DNA of 64,000 bases, taken from NCBI GenBank assembly GCA_964247055.1, contig OZ176050.1, forward strand, positions 14,880,001 to 14,944,000, read 5' to 3'. This document shows, one piece after another, positions 27,601-42,600 of the stretch. Every line of letters starts with the position of its first letter. The first letter of the stretch is position 1. The notes under the pieces were generated by a model. The model was not told the origin of the DNA, made no database searches, and was given only the letters and a program-made list of their open reading frames with translations. The position numbers were made by a program, and so were the translations under genes. Origin of the DNA: Paragordius varius. Taxonomy: Eukaryota > Animalia > Nematomorpha.

Positions 27601-30600
27601 TTTCGATATTTGCATTTGATTGTGTTCACCGGTTTTCCGGAAACAAATCACAAAATTACATGAAAAATCAGTTTTTAGCGGGTAGCCCCTTACCCAGCTG
27701 CTATCATCAAAGAAACTCTCTAAAATTTTTGCCTTTAAACGGGGAATACGTGGAATCCTGATTGAATTTTTACAGTCTCATACCTTGGGCAAAAAAATAC
27801 AATCAAAAAATTCTTTTTGTGGACTTTGTTTTTTGAAAAAAATGGCATTTTACGGGGGGAGGGGGTAAAAATAGCGCCTAAATCAAAATAGCGAGAAGAC
27901 TATGTTCGCGCGATCAAAAATAGGTAAACTAAAATCATATTTGAAATTGAATGGTCCACCTTCTGCGGAAAATTGTCTCAACCTGTTTTTTACACGGGGT
28001 AGGCCCGAACTGGGGGACTAATTCCAAAAAACGGCGAGGCTATTGCCGGGACATTTATTTATGATTATATTTTTTCGATATTTGCATTTGATTGGGTTCA
28101 CCGGTTTTCCGGAAACAAATCACAAAATTACATGAAAAATCAGTTTTTAGCGGGTAGCCCCTTACCCAGCTGCTATCATCAAAGAAACTCTCTAAAATTT
28201 TTGCCTTTAAACGGGGAATACGTGGAATCCTGATTGAATTTTTACAGTCTCATACCTTGGGCAAAAAAATACAATCAAAAAATTATTTTTGTGGACTTTG
28301 TTTTTTGAAAAAAATGGCATTTTACGGGGGGAGGGGGTAAAAATAGCGCCTAAATCAAAATAGCGAGACGACTATGTTCGGCGCGATCAAAAATAGGTAA
28401 ACAAAAATCATATTTGAAATTGAATGGTCCACCTTCTGCGGAAAATTGTCTCAACCTGTTTTTTACACGGGGTAGGCCCGAACTGGGGGACTAATTCCAA
28501 AAAACGGCGAGGCTATTGCCGGGACATTTATTTATGATTATATTTTTTCGATATTTGCATTTGATTGGGTTCACCGGTTTTCCGGAAACAAATCACAAAA
28601 TTACATGAAAAATCAGTTTTTAGCGGTAGCCCCTTACCCAGCTGCTATCATCAAAGAAACTCTCTAAAATTTTTGCCTTTAAACGGGGAATACGTGGAAT
28701 CCTGATTGAATTTTTACAGTCTCATACCTTGGGCAAAAAAATACAATCAAAAAATTATTTTTGTGGACTTTGTTTTTTGAAAAAAATGGCATTTTACGGG
28801 GGGAGGGGGTAAAAATAGCGCCTAAATCAAAATAGCGAGACGACTATGTTCGGCGCGATCAAAAATAGGTAAACAAAAATCATATTTGAAATTGAATGGT
28901 CCACCTTCTGCGGAAAATTGTCTCAACCTGTTTTTTACACGGGGTAGGCCCGAACTGGGGGACTAATTCCAAAAAACGGCGAGGCTATTGCCGGGACATT
29001 TATTTATGATTATATTTTTTCGATATTTGCATTTGATTGGGTTCACCGGTTTTCCGGAAACAAATCACAAAGTTACATGAAAAATCAGTTTTTAGCGGGT
29101 AGCCCCTTACCCAGCTGCTATCATCAAAGAAACTCTTGACTAAAATTTTTGCCTTTAAACGGGGAATACGTGGAATCCTGATTGAATTTTTACAGTCTCA
29201 TACCTTGGGCAAAAAAATACAATCAAAAAATTCTTTTTGTGGACTTTGTTTTTTGAAAAAAATGGCATTTTACGGGGGGAGGGGGTAAAAATAGCGCCTA
29301 AATCAAAATAGCGAGAAGACTATGTTCGGCGCGATCAAAAATAGGTAAACTAAAATCATATTTGAAATTGAATGGTCCAACAGATTCTGCGGAAAGTATC
29401 AACCTGTTTTTTACACGGGGTAGGCCCGAACTGGGGGCCTAATTCAAAAAAAGGACGAAGCTATTGTCGGGGCATTGACTAATGATTATATTTTTTCGAT
29501 GTTTGGATTTGAATGGGTCTACCGGTTTTCCGGTCCAGATCACAAAGCCAGCATTTTCCATTTTTATAAATATATAGATTACCATAAATAATGTTTTATT
29601 ATCCATATATTTTGTAACATCCTATACATATGATAGATACTCCTTACTCAGCAGCTATCATCAAAGAAACGCTTGACTCAAATTTTTGCCTTTTAACAGG
29701 AAATACGTGGACTCCTTATTGAATTTTTACAGTCTCATACCTTGGGCACAAAAATACAATCAAAAAATTATTTTTGTGGACTTTGTTTTTTGGAAAAAAA
29801 TGGCATTTTACGGGGAGAGCGGGTAAAAATAGCGCCTAAATCAAAATAGCGAGACGACTATGTTCGGCGTGATCAAAAATAGGTAAACAAAAATCATATT
29901 TGAAATTAAATGGTCCAACAGATTCTGCGGAAAATTGTCAAACCTGTTTTTTACACGGGGTAGGCCCGAACTGGGGGCCAAATTCCAAAAAAAGGCGAGG
30001 CTTTGTACGACATTTATTTATGATTATATTTTATCGATATTTGCATTTGATTGGGTTCCCCAGTTTTTCGGAAACAGATCACAAAGTTACATAAAAAATC
30101 AGTTTTTAGCGGGTAGCTCCCTACCCAGCAGCTATCATCAAAGAAACTCTTGACTAAAATTTTTGCCTTTAAACAGGGAATAGTGGAATCTTTATTGAAT
30201 TATTACAGTCTCATACCTTGGGCAAAAAATACAATCAAAAAATTATTTTTGTGGACTTTGTTTTTTGAAAAAAATGGCATTTTACGGGGGGAGGGGGTAA
30301 AAATAGCGCCTAAATCAAAATAGCGAGACGACTATGTTCGGCGCGATCAAAAATAGGTAAACAAAAATCATATTTGAAATTGAATGGTCCACCTTCTGCG
30401 GAAAATTGTCTCAACCTGTTTTTTACACGGGGTAGGCCCGAACTGGGGGACTAATTCCAAAAAACGGCGAGGCTATTGCCGGGACATTTATTTATGATTA
30501 TATTTTTTCGATATTTGCATTTGATTGGGTTCACCGGTTTTCCGGAAACAAATCACAAAGTTACATGAAAAATCAGTTTTTAGCGGGTAGCCCCTTACCC

Positions 30601-33600
30601 AGCTGCTATCATCAAAGAAACTCTTGACTAAAATTTTTGCCTTTAAACGGGGAATACGTGGAATCCTGATTGAATTTTTACAGTCTCATACCTTGGGCAA
30701 AAAAATACAATCAAAAAATTCTTTTTGTGGACTTTGTTTTTTTGAAAAAAATGGCATTTTACGGGGGGAGGGGGTAAAAATAGCGCCTAAATCAAAATAG
30801 CGAGAAGACTATGTTCGGCGCGATCAAAAATAGGTAAACTAAAATCATATTTGAAATTGAATGGTCCAACAGATTCTGCGGAAAGTATCAACCTGTTTTT
30901 TACACGGGGTAGGCCCGAACTGGGGGCCTAATTCAAAAAAAGGACGAAGCTATTGTCGGGGCATTGACTAATGATTATTTTTTTCGATGTTTGGATTTGA
31001 ATGGGTCTACCGGTTTTCCGGTCCAGATCACAAAGCCAGCATTTTCCATTTTTATAAATATATAGATTACCATAAATAATGTTTTATTATCCATATATTT
31101 TGTAACATCCTATACATATGATAGATACTCCTTACTCAGCAGCTATCATCAAAGAAACGCTTGACTCAAATTTTTGCCTTTTAACAGGAAATACGTGGAA
31201 TCCTTATTGAATTTTTACAGTCTCATACCTTGGGCACAAAAATACAATCAAAAAATTATTTTTGTGGACTTTGTTTTTTTGAAAAAAATGGCATTTTACG
31301 GGGGGAGCGGGTAAAAAGAGCGCCTAAATCAAAATAGCGAGACGACTATGTTCGGCGCGATCAAAAATAGGTAAACAAAAATCATATTTGAAATTAAATG
31401 GTACAACAGATTCTGCGGAAAATTGTCAAACCTGTTTTTTACACGGGGTAAGCCCGAACTGGGGGACAAATTCCAAAAAACGGCGAGGCTATTGCCGGGA
31501 CATTTATTTATGATTATATTTTTTCGATATTTGCATTTGATTGTGTTCACCGGTTTTCCGGAAACAAATCACAAAATTACATGAAAAATCAGTTTTTAGC
31601 GGGTAGCCCCTTACCCAGCTGCTATCATCAAAGAAACTCTCTAAAATTTTTGCCTTTAAACGGGGAATACGTGGAATCCTGATTGAATTTTTACAGTCTC
31701 ATACCTTGGGCGAAAAATAGATTTAAAAAATTATTTTTGTGGACTTTGTTTTTTGAAAAAAATGACATTTTACGGGGGGAGCGGGTAAAAAGAGCGCCTA
31801 AATCAAAATAGCGAGACGACTATGTTCGGCGCGATCAAAAATAGGTAAACAAAAATCATATTTGAAATTAAATGGTACAACAGATTCTGCGGAAAATTGT
31901 CAAACCTGTTTTTTACACGGGGTAAGCCCGAACTGGGGGACAAATTCCAAAAAACGGCGAGGCTATTGCCGGGACATTTATTTATGATTATATTTTTTCG
32001 ATATTTGCATTTGATTGGGTTCACCGGTTTTCCGGAAACAAATCACAAAATTACATGAAAAATCAGTTTTTAGCGGGTGGCCCCTTACCCAGCTGCTATC
32101 ATCAAAGAAACTCTCTAAAATTTTTGCCTTTAAACGGGGAATACGTGGAATCCTGATTGAATTTTTACAGTCTCATACCTTGGGCAAAAAAATACAATCA
32201 AAAAATTATTTTTGTGGACTTTGTTTTTTGAAAAAAATGGCATTTTACGGGGGGAGGGGGTAAAAATAGCGCCTAAATCAAAATAGCGAGAAGACTATGT
32301 TCGGCGCGATCAAAAATAGGTAAACTAAAATCATATTTGAAATTGAATGGTCCAACAGATTCTGCGGAAAGTATCAACCTGTTTTTTACACGGGGTAGGC
32401 CCCAACTGGGGGCCTAATTCAAAAAAAGGACGAAGCTATTGTCGGGGCATTGACTAATGATTATATTTTTTCGATGTTTGGATTTGAATGGGTCTACCGG
32501 TTTTCTGGAAACAAATCACAAAGTTACATGAAAAATCAGTTTTTAGCGGGTAGCTCCTTACCCAGCACCTATCATCAAAGAAATTCTTGACTAAAATTTT
32601 TGTCTTTTAACAGGGAATACGTGGAATCCATATTGAATTTTGACGGTCTCATACCTAGGGCGAAAAATAGATTTAAAAAATTATTTTTGTGGACTTTGTT
32701 TTTTGAAAAAAATGACATTTTACGGGGGGAGCAGGTAAAAAGAGCGCCTAAATCAAAATAGCGAGACGACTATGTTCGGCGCGATCAAAAATAGGTAAAC
32801 AAAAATCATATTTGAAATTGAATGGTCCAATAGAATCTGCAGAAAATTGTCTCAACCTGTTTTTTACACGGGGGGCCTGAACTGAGGGCCTAATTCCAAA
32901 AAAAGGCGAGGCTATTGTAAGACATTTATTTATGATTATATTTTTTCGATATTTGGATTTCATTGGGTTCACCGGTTTCCCGGAATCAAATCACAAAGTT
33001 ACATTAAAAATCAGATTTTAGCGGGTAGCTCCTTACCCAGCCCTTATCATCAAAGAAACTCTTCTAAAATTTTTGTCTATTAAGAAGGAATACGTGGAAT
33101 CCATATTGAATTTTGACGGTCTCATACCTAGGGCGAAAAATAGATTTAAAAAATTATTTTTGTAGACTTTGTTTTTTGAAAAAAATGACATTTTAGAGGG
33201 AAAGCGGGTAAAAAGAGAAATCAAAATAGCGACACGACTATGTTCGGCGCGATCAAAAATAGGTAAACAAAAATCATATTTGAAATTGAATGGTCCACAT
33301 TCTGCGGAAAATTGTCTCAACCTGTTTTTTACACGGGGTAGGTTCGAACTGGGGGACAAATTCCAAAAAAAGGCGAGGCTTTGTAAGACATTTATTTATG
33401 ATTTTATTTTTTCGATATTTGGATTTGATTGGGTTCACCGGTTTTCCGACAAATCCAAAAAGTTACATGAAAAATCAGTTTTTAGCGGGTAGCCCCTTAC
33501 TCAGCAGCAATCATCAAAGAAACGCTTGACTAAAATTTTTGCCTTTTAACAGGAAATACTTGGAATCCTTATTAAATTTTTACAGTCTCATACCTAGGGC

Positions 33601-36600
33601 GAAAAATAGATTTAAAAAATTATTTTTGTGGACTTTGTTTTTTGAAAAAAATGACATTTTACGGGGGGAGCGGGTAAAAAGAGCGCCTAAATCAAAATAG
33701 CGAGACGACTATGTTCGGCGCGATCAAAAATAGGTAAACAAAAATCATATTTGAAATTGAATGGTCCAACAGATTCTGCGGAAAATTGTCTCAACCTGTT
33801 TTTTACAAGTGGTAGGCCCGAACTGGAAGCCTAATTCCAAAAAAAGACGAGGCTATTGTAAGACATTTATTTATGATTATATTTTTTCGATATTTGGATT
33901 TGAATTGGGTTCACCGGTTTTCAAGACACAAATCACAAAGTTACATAAAAAATCAGTTTTTAGCGGGTAACTCCTTACCCAGCAGCTATCATCAAAGAAA
34001 CTCTTGATTAAAATTTTTGTCTTTTAACAGGGAAAACGTGGAATCCACACTGAATTTTTACGGTCTCATACCTAGGGCGAAAAATAGATTTAAAAAATTA
34101 TTTTTTTAGACTTTGTTTTTTGAAAAAAATGACATTTTACGGGGGGAGCGGGTAAAATGAGCGCCCAAATCAAAATAGCGAGACGACTATGTTCGGCGCG
34201 ATCAAAAATAGGTAAACAAAAATCATATTTGTAATTGAATGGTCCAATAGATTCTGCGGAAACTAGTCAAACCTGTTTTTTACACAGGGTAGGCCCGAAC
34301 TGGGGGCCAAATTCCAAAAAAAGGCGAGGCTTTGTAAGACATTTATTTATGATTATATTTTTTCGATATTTGGATTTCATTGGGTTCACCGGTTTTCCGG
34401 TAACAAATCACAAAGTTACATTAAAAATCAGATTTTACCGGGTAGCTCCTTACCCAGCAGCTATCATCAAAGAAATTCTTGACTAAAATTTTTGTCTTTT
34501 AACAGGGAATACGTGGAATCCATATTGAATTTTGACGGTCTCATACCTAGGGCGAAAAATAGATTTAAAAAATTATTTTTGTGGACTTTGTTTTTTGAAA
34601 AAAATGACATTTTACGGGGGGAGCAGGTAAAAAGAGCGCCTAAATCAAAATAGCGAGACGACTATGTTCGGCGCGATCAAAAATAGGTAAACAAAAATCA
34701 TATTTGAAATTGAATGGTCCAACAGATTCTGCGGAAAATTGTCAAACTTGTTTTTTTACACGGGGTAGGCCCGAACTGGGGGCCAAATTCCAAAAAAAGG
34801 CGAGGCTTTGTAAGACATTTATTTATGATTATATTTTTTCGATATTTGGATTTGATTGGGTTCACCGGTTTTCCGGAAACAAATCCAAAAAGTTACATGA
34901 AAAATCAGTTTTTAGCGGGTAGCCCCTTACTCAGCAGCAATCATCAAAGAAATTCTTGACTAAAATTTTTGTCTTTTAACAGGGAATACGTGGAATCCAT
35001 ATTGAATTTTGACGGTCTCATACCTAGGGCGAAAAATAGATTTAAAAAATTATTTTTGTGGACTTTGTTTTTTGAAAAAAATGACATTTTACGGGGGGAG
35101 CAGGTAAAAAGAGCGCCTAAATCAAAATAGCGAGACGACTATGTTCGGCGCGATCAAAAATAGGTAAACAAAAATCATATTTGAAATTGAATGGTCCAAC
35201 AGATTCTGCGGAAAATTGTCAAACCTGTTTTTTTACACGGGGTAGGCCCGAACTGGGGGCCAAATTCCAAAAAAAGGCGAGGCTTTGTAAGACATTTATT
35301 TATGATTATATTTTTTCGATATTTGGATTTGATTGGGTTCACCGGTTTTCCGGAAACAAATCCAAAAAGTTACATGAAAAATCAGTTTTCAGCGGGTAGC
35401 CCCTTACTCAGCAGCAATCATCAAAGAAACGCTTGACTAAAATATTTGCCTTTTAACAGGAAATACTTGGAATCCTTATTAAATTTTTACAGTCTCATAC
35501 CTAGGGCGAAAAATAGATATAAAAAATTATTTTTGTGGACTTTGTTTTTTGAAAAAAATGACATTTTACGGGGGGAGCAGGTAAAAAGAGCGCCTTAATC
35601 AAAATAGCGAGACGACTATGTTCGGCGCGATCAAAAATAGGTAAACAAAAATCATATTTGAAATTGAATGGTCCAATAGATTCTGCAGAAAATTGTCTCA
35701 ACCTGTTTTTTACACTGGGGGCCTGAACTGGGGGCCTAATTCCAAAAACAGGCGAGGCTATTGTAAGACATTTATTTATGATTATATTTTTTCGATATTT
35801 GGATTTCATTGGGTTCACCGGTTTTCCGGAAACAAATCACAAAGTTACATTAAAAATCAGATTTTAGCGGGTAGCTCCTTACCCAGCAGCTATCATCAAA
35901 GAAACTCTTCTAAAATTTTTGTCTATTAAGAAGGAATACGTGGAATCCATATTGAATTTTGACGGTCTCATACCTAGGGCGAAAAATAGATTTAAAAAAT
36001 TATTTTTGTAGACTTTGTTTTTTGAAAAAAATGACATTTTACAGGGAAAGCGGGTAAAAAGAGAAATCAAAATAGCGACACGACTATGTTCGGCGCGATC
36101 AAAAATAGGTAAACAAAAATCATATTTGAAATTGAATGGTCCACATTCTGCGGAAAATTGTCTCAACCTGTTTTTTACACGGGGTAGGTTCGAACTGGGG
36201 GCCAAATTCCAAAAAAAGGCGAGGCTTTGTAAGACATTTATTTATGATTTTATTTTTTCGATATTTGGATTTGATTGGGTTCACCGGTTTTCCGACAAAT
36301 CCAAAAAGTTACATGAAAAATCAGTTTTTAGCGGGTAGCCCCTTACTCAGCAGCAATCATCAAAGAAACGCTTGACTAAAATTTTTGCATTTTAACAGGA
36401 AATACTTGGAATCCTTATTAAATTTTTACAGTCTCATACCTAGGGCGAAAAATAGATTTAAAAAATTATTTTTGTGGACTTTGTTTTTTGAAAAAAATGA
36501 CATTTTACGGGGGGAGCGGGTAAAAAGAGCGCCTAAATCAAAATAGCGAGACGACTATGTTCGGCGCGATCAAAAATAGGTAAACAAAAATCATATTTGA

Positions 36601-39600
36601 AATTGAATGGTCCAACAGATTCTGCGGAAAATTGTCTCAACCTGTTTTTTACAAGTGGTAGGCCCGAACTGGAAGCCTAATTCCAAAAAAAGACGAGGCT
36701 ATTGTAAGACATTTATTTATGATTATATTTTTTCGATATTTGGATTTGAATTGGGTTCACCGGTTTTCCGGAAACAAATCACAAAGTTACATTAAAAATC
36801 AGATTTTACCGGGTAGCTCCTTACCCAGCAGCTATCATCAAAGAAATTCTTGACTAAAATTTTTGTCTTTTAACAGGGAATACGTGGAATCCATATTGAA
36901 TTTTGACGGTCTCATACCTAGGGCGAAAAATAGATTTAAAAAATTATTTTTGTGGACTTTGTTTTTTTGAAAAAAATGACATTTTACGGGGGGAGCTGGT
37001 AAAAAGAGCGCCTAAATCAAAATAGCGAGACGACTATGTTCGGCGCGATCAAAAATAGGTAAACAAAAATCATATTTGAAATTGAATGGTCCATCAGATT
37101 CTGCGGAAAATTGTCAAACCTGTTCTTTACACGGGGTAGGCCCGAACTGGGGGCCAAATTCCAAAAAAAGGCGAGTCTTTGTAAGACATTTATTTATGAT
37201 TATATTTTTTCGATATTTAGATTTCATTGGGTTCACCGGTTTTCCGGAAACAAATCACAAAGTTACATGAAAAATCAGTTTTTAGTGGGTAGCTCCTTAC
37301 CCAGCAGCTATCATCAAAGAAACTCTTGACTAAAATTTTTGTCTTTTAACAGGGAATACGTGGAATCCATACTGAATTTTTACAGTCTCATACCTTGGGC
37401 ACAAATCCAAAAATTATTTTAGTGGACTTTGTTTTTTGAAAAAAATGGCATTTTACGGGGGGAGCGGGTAAAAAGAGCGCCTAAATCAAAATAGCGAGAC
37501 GACTATGTTCGGCGCGATCAAAAATAGGTAAACAAAAATCATATTTTAATTGAATGGTCCAACAGATTCTGCGGAAAATTGTCAAACCTGTTTTTTTACA
37601 CGGGGTATGCCCGAACTGGGGGCCAAATTCCAAAAAAAGGCGAGTCTTTGTAAGACATTTATTTATGATTATATTTTTTCGATATTTGGATTTGATTGGG
37701 TTCACCTGTTTTCCGGAAACAAATCACAAAGTTGCATGAAAAATCAGTTTTTAGCGGGTAGCTCCTTACCCAGCAGCTATCATCAAAGAAATTCTTGACT
37801 AAAATTTTTGTCTTTTAACAGGGAATACGTAGAATCCATATTGAATTTTGACGGTCTCATACCTAGGGCGAAAAATAGATTTAAAAAATTATTTTTGTGG
37901 ACTTTGTTTTTTGAAAAAAATGACATTTTACGGGGGGAGCAGGTAAAAAGAGCGCCTAAATCAAAATAGCGAGACGACTATGTTCGGCGCGATCAAAAAT
38001 AGGTAAACAAAAATCATATTTGAAATTGAATGGTCCAACAGATTCTGCGGAAAATTGTCAAACCTGTTTTTTACACGTGGTAGGCCCGAACTGGGGGCCA
38101 AATTCCAAAAAAAGGCGAGGCTTTGTAAGACATTTATTTATGATTATATTTTTTCGATATTTGGATTTCATTGGGTTCACCGGTTTTCATTAAACAAATC
38201 ACAAAGTTACATGAAAAATCAGTTTTTAGCGGGTAGCTCCTTACCCAGCAGCTATCATCAAAGAAATTCTTGACTAAAATTTTTGTCTTTTAACAGGGAA
38301 TACGTGGAATCCATATTGAATTTTGACGGTCTCATACCTAGGGCGAAAAATAGATTTGAAAAATTATTTTTGTGGACTTTGTTTTTTTGAAAAAAATGAC
38401 ATTTTACGGGGGGAGCAGGTAAAAAGAGCGCCTAAATCAAAATAGCGAGACGACTATGTTCGGCGCGATCAAAAATAGGTAAACAAAAATCATATTTGAA
38501 ATTGAATGGTCCAACAGATTCTGCGGAAAATTGTCAAACCTGTTTTTTACACGTGGTAGGCCCGAACTGGGGGCCAAATTCCAAAAAAAGGCGAGGCTTT
38601 GTAAGACCTTTATTTATGATTATATTTTTTCGATATTTGGATTTCATTGGGTTCACCGGTTTTCATTAAACAAATCACAAAGTTACATGAAAAATCAGTT
38701 TTTAGCGGGTAGCTCCTTACCCAGCAGCTATCATCAAAGAAATTCTTGACTAAAATTTTTGTCTTTTAACAGGGAATACGTGGAATCCATATTGAATTTT
38801 GACGGTCTCATACCTAGGGCGAAAAATAGATTTAAAAAATTATTTTTGTGGACTTTGTTTTTTTGAAAAAAATGACATTTTACGGGGGGAGCAGGTAAAA
38901 AGAGCGCCTAAATCAAAATAGCGAGACGACTATGTTCGGCGCGATCAAAAATAGGTAAACAAAAATCATATTTGAAATTGAATGGTCCAACAGATTCTGC
39001 GGAAAATTGTCTCAACCTGTTTTTTACACGTGGTAGGCCCGAACTGGGGGCCAAATTCCAAAAAAAGGCGAGGCTTTGTAAGACATTTATTTATGATTAT
39101 ATTTTTTCGATATTTGGATTTGATTGGGTTCACCGGTTTTCCGGAAACAAATCACATTACATGAAAAATCAGTTTTTAGCGGGTAGCTCATTACCCAGCA
39201 GCTATCATCAAAGAAACTCTTGACAAAAATTTTTGTCTTTTAACAGGGAAAACGTGGAATCCATACTGAATTTTTACGGTCTCATACCTAGGGCGAAAAA
39301 TAGATTTAAAAAATTATTTTTGTAGACTTTGTTTTTTGAAAAAAATAACATTTTACGGGGGGAGCGGGTAAAAAGAGCGCCCAAATCAAAATAGCGAGAC
39401 GACTATGTTCGGCGCCATCAAAAATAGGTAAACAAAAATCATATTTGAAATTGCATGGTCCAACAGATTCTGCGGAAAATTGTCTCAACCTGTTTTTTAC
39501 ACGGGGTAGGCCCGAACTGGAGGCCAAATTCCAAAAAAGGCGAGTCTTTGTAAGACATTTATTTATGATTATATTTTTTCGATATTTGGATTTCATTGGG

Positions 39601-42600
39601 TTCACCGGTTTTCCGGAAACAAATCACAAAGTTACATGAAAAATTAGTTTTTAGCGGGTAGCTTTTTACCCAGCAGCTATCATCAAAGAAATTCTTGACT
39701 AAAATTTTTGTTTTTTAACAGGGAATACGTGGAATCCATATTGAATTTTGACGGTCTCATACCTAGGGAGAAAAATAGTTTTAAAAAATTATTTTTGTGG
39801 ACTTTGTTTTTTGAAAAAAATGACATTTTACAGGGGAAGCGGGTAAAAAGAGCGCCTAAATCAAAATAGCGACACGACTATGTTCGGCGCGATCAAAAAT
39901 AGGTAAACAAAAATCATATTTGAAATTGAATGGTCCAACAGATTCTGCGGAAAATTGTCAAACCTGTTTTTTACACGGGGGGCCCGAACTGGGGGCCAAA
40001 TTCCAAAAAAGGCGAGTCTTTGTAAGACATTTATTATGATTATATTTTTTCGATATTTGGATTTCATTGGGTTCACCGGTTTTCCGGAAACAAATCACAA
40101 AGTTACATGAAAAATCAGTTTTTAGCGGGTAGCTTTTTACCCAGCAGCTATCATCAAAGAAATTCTTGACTAAAATTTTTGTTTTTTAACAGGGAATACG
40201 TGGAATCCATATTGAATTTTGACGGTCTCATACCTAGGGCGAAAAATAGTTTTAAAAAATTATTTTTGTGGACTTTGTTTTTTGAAAAAAATGACATTTT
40301 ACGGAGGGAGCAGGTAAAAAGAGCGCCTAAATCAAAATAGCGAGACGACTATGTTCGGCGCGATCAAAAATAGGTAAACAAAAATCATATTTGAAATTGA
40401 ATGGTCCAACAGATTCTGCGGAAAATTGTCTCAACCTGTTTTTTACATGGGGGGCCCGAACTGGGGGCCTAATTCCAAAAAAAGGCGAGGCTATTGTAAG
40501 ACATTTATTTATGATATTTTTTCGATATTTGGATTTGATTGGGTTCACCGGTTTACCGGAAACAAATCACATTACATGAAAAATCAGTTTTTAGCGGGTA
40601 GCTCTTTACCCAGCAGCTATCATCAAAGAAACTCTTGACTAAAATTTTTGTCTTTTAACAGGGAAAACGTGGAATCCATACTGAATTTTTACGGTCTCAT
40701 ACCTAGGGCGAAAAATAGATTTAAAAAAATTATTTTTGTGGACTTTGTTTTTTTGAAAAAAATGGCATTTTACGGGGGGAGGGGGTAAAAATAGCGCCTA
40801 AATCAAAATAGCGAGACGACTATGTTCGGCGCGATCAAAAATAGGTAAACAAAAATCATATTTGAAATTAAATGGTCCAACAGATTCTGCGGAAAATTGT
40901 CAAACCTGTTTTTTACACGGGGTAGGCCCGAACTGGGGGACTAATTCCAAAAAACGGCCAGGCTATTGCCGGGACATTAATTTATGATTATATTTTTTCG
41001 ATATTCGCATTTGATTGGGTTCACCGGTTTTCCGGAAACAAACCACAAAGTTACATGAAAAATCAGTTTTTAGCGGGTAGCCCCTTACCCAGCTGCTATC
41101 ATCAAAGAAACTCTTGACTAAAATTTTTGCCTTTAAACGGGGAATACGTGGAATCCTGATTGAATTTTTACAGTCTCATACCTTGGGCAAAAAAATACAA
41201 TCAAAAAATTCTTTTTGTGGACTTTGTTTTTTGAAAAAAATGGCATTTTACGGGGGGAGGGGGTAAAAATAGCGCCTAAATCAAAATAGCGAGAAGACTA
41301 TGTTCGGCGCGATCAAAAATAGGTAAACTAAAATCATATTTGAAATTGAATGGTCCAACAGATTCTGCGGAAAGTATCAACCTGTTTTTTACACGGGGTA
41401 GGCCCGAACTGGGGGCCAAATTCCAAAAAAAGGCGAGGCTTTGTAAGACATTTATTTATGATTATATTTTTTCGATATTTGGATTTCATTGGGTTCACCG
41501 GTTTTCATTAAACAAATCACAAAGTTACATGAAAAATCAGTTTTTAGCGGGTAGCTCCTTACCCAGCAGCTATCATCAAAGAAATTCTTGACTAAAATTT
41601 TTGTCTTTTAACAGGGAATACGTGGAATCCATATTGAATTTTGACGGTCTCATACCTAGGGCGAAAAATGGTTTTAAAAAATTATTTTTGTGGACTTTGT
41701 TTTTGGAAAAAAATGACATTTTACAGGGGAAGCGGGTAAAAAGAGCGCCTAAATCAAAATAGCGACACGACTATGTTCGGCGCGATCAAAAATAGGTAAA
41801 CAAAAATCATATTTGAAATTGAATGGTCCAACAGATTCTGCGGAAAATTGTCAAACCTGTTTTTTACACGGGGGGCCCGAACTGGGGGCCAAATTCCAAA
41901 AAAAGGCGAGGCTTTGTAAGACATTTATTTATGATTATATTTTTTCGATATTTGGATTTCATTGGGTTCACCGGTTTTCATTAAACAAATCACAAAGTTA
42001 CATGAAAAATCAGTTTTTAGCGGGTAGCTCCTTACCCAGCAGCTATCATCAAAGAAATTCTTGACAAAAATTTTTGTCTTTTAACAGGGAAAACGTGGAA
42101 TCCATACTGAATTTTTACGGTCTCATACCTAGGGCGAAAAATAGATTTAAAAAATTATTTTTGTAGACTTTGTTTTTTGAAAAAAATAACATTTTACGGG
42201 GGGAGCGGGTAAAAAGAGCGCCCAAATCAAAATAGCGAGACGACTATGTTCGGGGCGATCAAAAATAGGTAAACAAAAATCATATTTGAAATTGAATGGT
42301 CCAACAGATTCTGCGGAAAATTGTCAAACCTGTTTTTTACACGGGGGGCCCGAACTGGGGGCCAAATTCCAAAAAAAGGCGAGGCTTTGTAAGACATTTA
42401 TTTATGATTATATTTTTTCGATATTTGGATTTCATTGGGTTCACCGGTTTTCATTAAACAAATCACAAAGTTACATGAAAAATCAGTTTTTAGCGGGTAG
42501 CTCCTTACCCAGCAGCTATCATCAAAGAAATTCTTGACTAAAATTTTTGTCTTTTAACAGGGAATACGTGGAATCCATATTGAATTTTGACGGTCTCATA

